Of a DNA stretch of 64,000 nucleotides, positions 36,801-47,900 are shown piece by piece. Position 1 is the first letter of the stretch; the number at the start of each line of letters is the position of its first letter. Source of the stretch: Pristiophorus japonicus (lineage: Eukaryota). Below the pieces are notes generated by a model. It did not search any database and had not been told where the DNA came from. It was given only the letters and a program-made list of their open reading frames with translations. The stretch is taken from assembly GCF_044704955.1 (NCBI RefSeq), contig NC_091993.1:7688001-7752000 (forward strand). Direction: 5' to 3'. The position numbers and the translations under genes were made by a program.

Positions 36801-39800
36801 GGCGTCTGTGGGCCGAATGACGTCCGCCGCGATTTTTCTCCCCAAAAGCTCCACTTCTGTTGCCATGAAGACGCATTTCGACCTCTTCAGCCGCAGCCCT
36901 ATGTGATCCAGTCGCTGGAGGACCTCCTCCAGGTTTTGTAGGTGCTCGACGGTGTCCCGACCCGTGACCAATATGTCGTCCTGAAAAACCACCGTACGTG
37001 ATACTGACTTGAGTATGCTCTCTGTGTTTCTCTGGAAGATCGCTGCGGCCGACCGAATTCCAAACGGTTGTAGATGAACAATCCCTTGTGTGTGTTGATG
37101 CAGGTGAGGCCCTTCGAAGACTCCTCCAGCTCCTGCGTCATGTAGGCTGAAGTCAGGTCGAACTTGGTGAACGTCTTGCTTCCTGCCAGCATCGCCAATA
37201 GGTCATCTGCCTTAGGTAGCGGGTATTGGTCCTGTAGCGAGAAATGATTAATAGTTACTTTATAATCGCCGCAAATCCTGACCGTGCCATCACTTTTGAA
37301 TACTGGAACAATTGGGCTGGCCCACTTGCTGAATTCCACCAGGGAGATGATGCCCTCACGTTGCAGCCTGTCCAGCTCGATTTCCACTCTCTCCCTCATC
37401 ACGTGAGGTATCGCTCGCGCCTTGTGGTGAATGGGTCGTGCCTCTGGGACCAAGTAGAGCCGCATCTTCACCCCGGAAAAGTTTCCAATGCCTGGCTCAA
37501 AAAGGGAAGAAAATTTGTTAAAAACCTGGGTACATGAGGCCTCATCGACATGTGATATCGATCGGATGTCATCCCAGTTCCAGCAGATTTTTCCCAGCCA
37601 GCTCCTTCCATCGCCCGAGACAATCCAGAGTGGCAGTTCATGCACCGTGCCCTCGTAGGTGACCTTGACCATGGCGCTGCCCTGGACAGTGATGAGCTCT
37701 TTGGTGTACGTTCTCAGTTTTGTGTGGATTGGGGTCAGGGCTGGTCTGAGAGTCTTGTTGCACCACAGTCTCTCAAACATCTTTTTACTCATGATGGATT
37801 GGCTAACGCCAGTGTCCAGTTCCATGGCTACGGGTAAGCCATTCAATTTTACGTTTAGCATCATAGGTGGACATTTCGCCGAAAATGTGTGCACCCCGAG
37901 TATTTCAGCATCTGCCTCCTCTCGCTGAGGCTCGAAATTGCTTTGAGTCACCATGGACCGATCTTCCTCTGCCACGTGGTGGTGAGCAGGTTTTACAGAG
38001 CTTGCAGCTCGTCTGCAAGCTCGTTGGAGGTGCCCCATTGTTCCACAGCTCTTGAAAACATACCCTTTGAAGCAGCATGAATATACTGAATGGAAGCCTC
38101 CACAACGCCAACACGGTGTGAATTGCCTTGCATTCATCCTTTGTTGCGGACTCTGAGTCACCTGAGGCCTGCTGGCAGTTGCAGACTCGTGGTTTCTGCC
38201 CTGTACCTTTCTGGTCGCAAACACAGTTCCTGTTAATTTTTGAACATTGCTAGCACTTGTGTGCTGAGAGATTTGTTTGGTGTTATCACTGGTGGACATA
38301 AACGTTTATACAATCGCAATGGCCTTGCTGAGGGTCGGTGTTTCTACAGTCAAAAGTTTTCGTAAGGTGGTCTCGTGGCCAATGCCCAGTACAAAAAAGT
38401 CTCTGAGCATTTGCTCCAGGTAGCCATCAAACTCACATTGTCCTGCAAGTCGCCTTAGCTCGGCGACGTAACTCGTCACTTCCTGACCTTCAGATCGCTG
38501 GTACATATAGAACCGATACCTCACCATCAGCACGCTCTCCCTTGGGTTAAGATGCTCCCGAACCAGTGTACACAGCAACTCATACGACTTATCTGTGGGT
38601 TTCACCGGAGCCAGAAGATTCTTCATGAGGCTGTAGGTCGGTGCCCCGCAGACCGTGAGGAGGACCGCTCTCCTTTTTGCAGCGCTTCCTTCTCCATCCA
38701 GCTCGTTGGCTACAAAGTACTGGTCTAGCCGTTCGACATAGGCTTCCCAGTCCTCACCCTCCGAGAACTTCTCCAGGATGCCCACAGTTTGCTAAATCTT
38801 TGCATTGGATTCGTGTACTCGTCGCCAGTTGTTGTGTTCCTAACACAGATGAGGCTGCACACAGGGAGGTTAAAGTAACAGTGACCTCAGTCTTTATTGA
38901 GACACTCCAGAGTGAGTAACGGGCCTTAGGGGCCGGCTTATATACAGTGCTCCCAAGGGATGCTGGGATCCCTTGGGATTTCAGGGGTGCGCTCCCTGGT
39001 GGCGGAACATGGGAGTGCATGCTTTACAGATACACAACACTAGCTTTCTGTGTTTTTTGCACAAGGACATGCAAATCTCTCTGAACACCAACATTTAAAA
39101 GTTTCTCACCATTTAAAAAATATTCTGTTTTCCTATTCTTCTTACCAAAGTGAATAACCTCACCTTTCCCCACATTATACTTCATCTGCCACCTTCCTGC
39201 ACACTCACTTAGTCTATCTATATCCTTTTGCAGACACTTTTTATTCTCCTCACAGCTTACTGCCCATCTAGCTTTGTATCATCAGCAAACTTGGATACAT
39301 TACACTCGGTCCCTACATCTAGGTCATTAATATAGATTGTAAATAGCTTTTAATCCCACAATATTGAGAGAGACTCGGGAGGAGATTTGTAAGAAACTGA
39401 TAGTCATTATTGACTGACTAGACACGAGTGAGGTACCAGTAGATTGGAAACATTTTTAATTCAAGAAAGGGGACAAAACAGACACAGGCAACTGCAGACC
39501 CATTAGTCATTCTTTCATTCCATGTAGCATTGTCAGGAGTAAAGTTGAGGATTATCTGTAGAATAGTAACCCAGTGAACAGTAGATTCAGATAGGGAAGA
39601 TTCTGCCTGACAAACCTCCTCGACTTCTTCAAGGAAGTGACAGCCAAAGTGGACTGTGGGAAGGAAGTCCAATGTTGTACCTTGAGTGCCAAAAGGCGGT
39701 TGATAAATTCCATCCAAAAGTTTAATTTCAAGCAGTGGAGATTCAGGGTGAACCCTGGGAATGAAGAAAAAAACGGCCAACGGGTAGAAAACATAAAGAA

Positions 39801-41902
39801 CTCATCGGGATGGGAGTAATTATTAAGTAGGGTGACCATGGGAGCACTATTTTTTCTAAATTATAGAAATAACTTGGTTTTCAGAAATTCAATGCAAAGT
39901 GGTCAAAATAGGAGGAGCAGTAAACTTGGAAGAGGCAGTTTAGAAATTACAGAATGAGATGGATAATATATGGGCAGAAAAATTGAAATTTAATGTAGAC
40001 ATATGTAAAGTTCTGCACATAGATAGAAATAATGGGCCCAAGTTTCCACAGGATAAAAAACGGGCGCCCCTCCGAGCTAGGTGCCCGTTTTTCGCGCCTA
40101 AAATGACGCCAGAAAAAAAACGCGCTATTCTCGAGCGCTTTGCAGCTCCTTGTCTGTTTGGCGCGGCGCCCAGGGGGGGCGGAGCCTACACTCGCGCCGA
40201 TTTTGTAAGTGGGAGGGGGCGGGTACTATTTAAATTAGTTTTTTTCCTGCCGGCAACACTGCGCGTGCGCGTTGGAGCGTTCACGCACGCGCAGTGTGAA
40301 GAAAACATTGGCACTCGGCCATTTTTGTAGTTCTTTGTAGCTGTTTAATTTTTGAACATTTTTTAATAAAAGCACATTGCCATCAGCACATCAGCACTGA
40401 GGCGTCCCTTCTCACTGTCTCCTTCCCCTCCCTCCCCTCCGCGGCAACAAGCCGCTGTCTCCTTCCCCTCCCTCCCCTCCGCGGCAACAAACGGCAGTTT
40501 CCTTCGAACGATGGCTGAAGCACTTTCACACAGGTAGGAAGATGATTTATTTAATCTTTTCTTTGCTTATAAATGTTTATTCAGGTTGGATTTATTTGTA
40601 TAATATTTGTAGAAGTATAAATAAGGATTGATTGTAGAATTTAATGAGTTCCCTTCCCCCCCCCCCTCTCCCCCATCTCGTTCTGGACGCCTAATTTGTA
40701 ACCTGCGCCTGATTTTTTAATGTATAGAACAGGTTTTTTCAGTTCTACAAAAATCTTCACTTGCTCCATTCTACTTTAGTTTGGAGTACATTTTCACTGT
40801 GGAAACTTTCAAATCAGGCGTCAGTGGCCGGACACGCCCCCTTTTGAAGAAAAAATTCTGTTCTAAAGTAGAACTGTTCTACCTGACTAGAACTGCAGAA
40901 AAAAAAATGTGGAGAATTGCGATTTCTAAGATAGTCCGTTCTCCACCAGTTGCTCCTAAAAATCAGGCGCAAATCATGTGGAAACTTGGGCCCAATAAGT
41001 GACACATACTCCACAAATGAGATAGCAAAGGGTCAAGCCAAAAGAGGCTTTTGAAGTCTTAGTAGATTCAACACTAAACATGTTCAACCAATGCAGAGCA
41101 GATATCAACAAAACCAGTAAGAACACACCTTGAACATTATGTTCTTTTCTGGTTACCGAGACACAAGGGAGACATTCACGTGCTGGAAGCTATGCAAAGA
41201 ATAACCACAAGGCTGACCTCTATGTCAAAGGTCTGATGGGCTGAAATTGTCCCTTTTTATAGCCCCATTAGTGCCTCCGGGGGGTGCTGACAGGGTGCAA
41301 TGGCGTTTTTGCCCGGGGCAGGGGATATTGCCCTGGAGGTTTGGGGGCGCTGTCCCGGCTGTCCTAGCATTCCGGGCTGCCACCCTGGGAGCACCCCTCC
41401 AAGCAGACAGCGCTCCGCTTCCTTTGAGGAGCGCACGGTCCAATTCCGCATCAGGGGTGGCCGATAAAAGTCCCAGCCCCAGAAGGTTACCATCCCCAAT
41501 CGGGGAGAGGGGCAATTTTGCCCCGTGAGTTCTGAGGTAAGACTGAAGAAGCTTGGGCTTTTCAACCTGGAAAGAAGGTGTCTCTGAAAGATGACTTTAT
41601 AGAGTTATATAAAAGAGCTAAGGGAATGGAAAAAGGTAAGTTGAGAATATTGCTTTGTTCAATAGTGAAAACGGGAAAAGGGGACATGGCACAAACTAAT
41701 AAAAGGCAAATTTAGGTATACTATCAGAAAATTCTTGACACAAAAAATGGACAACATGTGCAATAAACTTTCAGGTCAAATAGGAGAGACAAAAAGCTGG
41801 AAGCTTTCAAGAATGTGAAATGGGAGGACTTAAGGATCCTTTGGGATGGATGAACGATTGTCCGTCCGTCTATATCTGTTGGTCTGTCTACCAACCTATC
41901 TA

Positions 41903-41941
<39 letters not shown>

Positions 41942-44900
41942 GTCCACCTACCTGTATCCATAGCACAGTCTATGGGCGTGAGATGTTAATGGTGCTTAAA
42001 CTGTAACTGACACTGAAAGTAAGTGAGACACTGGCACTGTGTAAGAGATCTTGGCATGGAGATATTTTAGCACAGGCATTGAGTGAGAGAGGCCCCGGCA
42101 ATGATCGAGAGGGCCATTGGCACTTTTATTTCCAAAGGCAACACTGCAGCGCATCAGAAGCAGGCTTAACAAAGCAAGCTGCTATTTAAATGGAAGAGGA
42201 AGGAGAGTTAAAGAATTTGATCTGGACTGCAGGGCCGAAATTGCCCCTTTCTTTAAGAGCCATGACCACCGGTCGGTAATGACTCTCCGCCTAGTCGGTG
42301 CGGCGTAAGGACCATTTCTGAATTGCCCTATCTGGGTTTTGCAGCGGTAATCGCTACCTCGCCGCCAATCTTCCCGCCCCTTCAGGCAGACACAGACCCC
42401 CTGTCCATCCTGTGCAAGAAAATGCCCCCACGGGAAATTGCCCCACGGGAAATTGCCCCACAGGAAATTGCCCCGTGGAAGTGGAGCGGCTGCCGGTCGT
42501 TGCCCCCGACAGCTTTTCCCGGCAGTGAGCTGTGTGTAGATGGGCAGCGCGTCCGCCCTTAAAGGGGAGGGCGCACTGCCGCGGAGGCCATTTTATTTTA
42601 GTTATCGGCCGACTGCCGGGTCAGCCCGATAACGGTTGTCCACGGGTTCGGCTGGGCCACCAACAGATAGCCTGGCACTCCTGCTTGGGTGCCAGGCCTG
42701 GCCAAAACCCAGCCCCTCCATCCCCCCTCCCCCACACCCTGGTGGCCCAGTGGACCTAACTGAACCCCATGCAGAGTTTGCAGTGGCCCTCCCCTCTAAC
42801 CGAAGGGGAGGGATGTCGTGACGTGTCAGCGTGACGCAGCATGGCCCCGGTCGTGTTGTCATCTGTGCGACGCTGATGACTGGGATGGGCGGTCGACCCG
42901 ACCGAAAGGCACTTGTGCCCCACCCACGCCTGGAACACTGCATCGCACCGCTGGGGAAACATTTTCTGAGATCAGAATTTCTGTCGTATCTCCGCCCCAT
43001 GGATTAGGGGTGGAGAAAACCTTTAAAAAAAAAGGCCCGTGCTCCCCGTTTGGGGTGGGGCTCAATTTCAGCCCCTGCGTTTCTTACCGTGAGTAGTACA
43101 GTCAAGTCAAACACATTCCAGCCGCTGCTCCAAAATTTTATAAAACCGGTAAGCCACCTGAGTATGATTTCACTCATCAAGACTGAGAGGATGCACCAGT
43201 CAATTATCACTAACACTGTCGTTATGGCAGAAAACTTTGGTCCTGGTTTGACAGCGACATCTGAGGAAGTATCATATATCATAGCGTTATAACAGCAACT
43301 TATCAAAGCGAATAAAATGGCTACCTGTAGTTATACACTCTGCCCAAAATGCTGCAAGAATACAACTTTGCATTTATTTCACAGTACGTGCCCTAAGCCA
43401 GTTTTTAATAAGTTTTGAAATTTTCCATAAATGTGTCTCGTTGCATGCATGCCGTGGAACATGGTTTATCACAAAGCTGGTATTTTCAAAGCTTTATAAG
43501 TACCTCTGGAAGGTTGTGGACAGCTGATAAAATAAAACACTGAAATGCCACCATATTAGTAAGGTCTGAAATTAAACTGCATAAAACTGTCTGAGCAATC
43601 TTGCTCACAGCAGCGTGGAGAAGAGGATTTCTCCCGGTCACTTCACGGAAGACCGCGCATCACATTTTGACATCATGCTGTATCTGATTCTTGGTAGTCT
43701 ATGACGAGGAGGGTGTTTCACAACAGTGATGACTCCTCTCCATTTATAGTACAGAACAAAAAATGGATGTAAGCAATTTAGAGCAATTTTACTTGTGCTC
43801 CAGGTCCTTAGTATGAATTTCTGTTTCCCGCCCTCCCACCCTGTCCCGCCCCGTATCACCTCCGTCAGAACCGGAAATGGGCGGGTTGGAGGCGGGATCA
43901 GGTTGGGAATCCCATTTTTAACAATTTAACGGTCCCCACCCTGCAACAATGTCAGTCTACTAACTTCAGCAGTGGCTTCTCCGTATCTGAAATGAATTCC
44001 AAATTCTTATTCCTGGCTCACAGATACGTATAAGGGTTTCTATGGAATTATAAAGATTAACATTATCGATGTGTATATTGCCAAGGCGGTCATAGTTAAA
44101 ATTATCACGCCCTTTGGAAGGTGCAGTAATTCCAATTATAACCTAACTGGTTGTCAAACCATTTTATTATTTCTGTATTGCATATTTCTCGCATACAGTG
44201 AAGGAGTTTTGTCTTACCTGCTAATACACCAAATACAATAGTGTTGATGATAATGAGATACAGAATAAGGTTTCTGAAAAATGCACCTGGTTGCCTCTGA
44301 TCAGGAAAATGTACAGGATATTTTTCCCAAACCCACTAATCAACTGAATTCCACTCAAAATATCGGTCATATTTAGGGAAATAGTATTAAGGAGACGTCT
44401 AAATAATGGGACAGAGAAAAAAGACTAATACACTCTATTCTTACGATTCAGTGGTATCATTATTATTAGCCAAGCATTTCACTAATGACTTCCTAAAGGG
44501 ATTACATTTTTCTATGTTATCATAAGAACATAAGAACATAAGAAATAGGAGCAGGAGTAGGCCATCTGGCCCCTCGAACCTGCTCTGCCATTTATTATGA
44601 TCGTGGCTGATCCGATTATGGACTCAGGTCCATTTCCCTGCCCGCTCCCCATAACCCCTTATTCCCTTATCGATTAAGAAACTGTCTATCTCTGTCTTAA
44701 ATTTATTCGATGACCCAGCTTTCACAGCTCTCTGAGGTAGCAAATTCCACAGATTTACAACCCTCCGAGAAAAGAAATTCCTCCTCATCTCAGTTTTAAA
44801 TGGGCGGCCCCTTATTCTAAGATCATGCCCTCTAGTTCTAGTCTCCCCCATCAGTGGAAACATCCTCTCTGCATCCACCTTGTCAAGCCCCCTCATAATC

Positions 44901-47900
44901 TTATACATTGCGATAAGATCACCTCTCATTCTTCTGAATTCAAATGAGTAGAGGCCCAACCTACTCAACCTTTCCTCATAAGTCAACCCCCTCATCTCCA
45001 GAATCAACCTAGTGAACCTTCTCTGAACTGCCTCCAAAGCAAGTATATCCTTTCTTAAATATGGAAACTAAAACTGTACGCAGTATTCTAGGTGTGGCCT
45101 CACCAATACCCTGTATAACTGCAGCAAGACTTCCCTGCTTTTATACTCCAGTCCCTTTGCCATAAAGGCCAAGATTCCACTGGCCTTCCTGATCACTTGC
45201 TATACCCGCATACTATCCTTTTGTGTTTCATGCACAAGTACCCCCAGGTCCTGCTGTACTGCAGCACTTTGCAATCTTTCTCCATTTAAATAATAACTTG
45301 CTCTTCAATTTTTTTCTGCCAAAGTGCATGACCTCACACTTTCCAACATTATACTCCATCTGCCAAATTTTTTCCCACTCACTTAGCCTGTCTATGTCCT
45401 TTTGCAGATTTTTTGTGTCCTCCTCACATATTGCTTTTCTTCCCATCTTTGTATCATCAGCAAACTTGGCTACATTACACTCAATCCCTTCTTCCAAGTC
45501 GTTAATACAGATTGTAAATAGTTGGGGTCCCAGCACTGATCCCTACGGCACCCCACTAGTTGCTGGTTGCCAACCCAATAATGAACCATTTATCCCGACT
45601 CTCTGTTCTCTGTTAGTTAGCCAATCCTCTATCCATGCTAATATATTACCCCCAACCCCGTGCACTTTTATCTTGTGCAGTAACCTTTTATGTGGCACCT
45701 TGTCAAATGCCTTCTGGAAATCCAAATACACCACATCCACTGGTTCCCCTTTATCCACCCTGTTCGTTACATCCTCAAAGAATTCCAGAAAATTTGTCGA
45801 ACATGACTTCCCCTTCATAAATCCATGCTGGCTCTGCCCTGAATTTTGCTTTTCCAAATGTCCTGCTACTGCTTCTTTAATAATGGACTCCAACATTTTC
45901 CCAACCACAGATGTCAGGCTAACTGGGCTACAGTTTACTGCTTTTTGTCTGCCTCCTTTTTTAAATCATTCATTAAAACTTTATTCAAGCAACGTATTCA
46001 AAAGTACTGTACCTTTCTAAAAAGAAGTTCGACTTTAATACATTGGGAAAGGTAAAATAGATACTTATAGCATTAAAAAAGTTGCAAGCATCCCAGTGTG
46101 GGGGTGCTTTTGTAGTCCTGTTGCCATGCCGACAGGAATGTTTCTCTTTGACCTTCCATTATAGTGTGAGTTTAGCCAATGAGCATAATGTTGTGGTGCT
46201 CCTGGTTGGATGATGCATTTGGTGTACTGGGATCAATGGGTAGGCTAGCCAATCGCAACGGCTCTTAAAGGGCTGCTGGTCACCCGTAAAGCTATCCTAA
46301 TATTGGGCCGGGAGAAATGGATCCACCAACTCAAAGAAGGTGATCTGCAGTTTTGGAGATGCAACTTTGAAGCTGTGGTGACAGAACGTCCTTCACAGAA
46401 GGGTGGTCATATTTGGCTGTGGCGGGGTGGGGGAGGGTCACCTTCCCATCAAGAGCAGCCTTGACAGAGGTTGCCGAAAAGGTAAATACACTGAACAGGT
46501 AAGAAAGCAATTTGCTGGTTTCCAAAAAGGAGAACAAGATGGGCTACGGGGAAAAGGTCGGGGGAGTGGGACTAGCCGAAGTGCTCTTGCAGAGAGCCGG
46601 CATGGGCTCGACGGGCCGAATGGCCTCCTTCTGTGATGTAACCGTTCTATGATTCTATGATAAGACTGCTCACCATTTAGCTATTTTAGCAATCTCACTT
46701 TACAATGTATGCCAATGGCACATCAAATATAAGCTTGGTGCAGCATCCCATAGGAAACAGCACTCTGGCATTCACTCGCACCAAAGCATACGTTGCAATA
46801 CAATACCATGTGACTCATTTTGCTGTATGCTTTGGCCGGAATTTCCCCCCAAAAACAAGTGAGTTTGGAGCGTGGGGGCAGTTAAAATGTTAAAAATGGG
46901 ATTCCTGACCTGATCCCTGGCCTCCAACCTATACATTTCCAGTCTTGAAGGAGGCGGGACGGGATGTGGGGGGGGGGGGGGGGGCGGGACAGGATGTCGG
47001 GGGGGGGGGGCGGGATGTGATGCGGGGGGTGCGGGCCGGGATGCGGGGGGGGGGGCAGGATGGGATGCGGGGGGGGCGGGGGGGATGCGGGGGGGGGGGG
47101 GTGGGACGGGATGCGGGGGGGGGGTTGGGACGGGATGTGGGGGGGGGCAGGATGGGATGCGGGGGGGGGGGTGGGACGGGATGCGGGGGGGGGTTGGGAC
47201 GGGATGTGGGGGGGTGCGGGACAGGATGTGGGGGGGTGCGGGACAGGATGTGGGGGGTGCGGGGACAGGATGTGGGGGGGCAGGATGGGATGCGGGGGGG
47301 GGGGGTGGGACGGGATGCGGGGGGGGTGCGGGACAGGATGTGGGGGGGGGTGCGGACAGGATGTGGGGGGGGTGCGGGACAGGATGTGGGGGGGGGCAGG
47401 ATGGGATGCGGGGGGGGGTGGGACGGAGGCGGGGGGGGTTGGGACGGGATGTGGGGGGTGCGGGACAGGATGTGGGGGGGGCAGGATGGGATGCGGGGGG
47501 GGGGTGGGACGGGATGCGGGGGGGGGTTGGGACGGGATGTGGGAGGGGGTGCGGGACAGGATGCTGGGGGGGGGGGGTGCGGGAGGCAGGGTGACCAACC
47601 CACTTCCATATTATAATATTATAATCAGGCCGGAAGCCTCTTTATCAAGCTCCGTTTAGAATTTAACTGCACGTAGACAAGTTTCACACAATTTATGAAA
47701 GCCTGCAGTTAAACCGAGGCAGGGACTGCAACACCCAGGAGGCAGGTGGCTTTATACCTTCCTCCTAAATCCACGGTCTCTATCTAACCGACCGCCATGA
47801 TTGCAGACCCCCTCACGAGCCCTCCGATTGCCTTCTGATCCCCACAATGAGCCTCTCCACACCGTACCGATGATGCTGTGGGCAGCCACAATCCTCCAAT

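Larger units (their letters stand above)
27780..41830 (+). mobile_element. Ancient, highly decayed CR1 ORF2 broken into pieces by later insertions
   Basis: Collinear decayed fragments: endonuclease start (YDVGGIT / WL) at 27860-28555, 29450-29958 (SDHRMIKF), 31380-31708, then RT and 3' region at 39350-41830 ([12 protein letters not shown]). Confidence 0.6.

Noticed and set aside
46882-47659. Gly-rich and Pro-rich ORFs of 169-238 aa
   Set aside because: Same artefact, from the G-rich tandem array.
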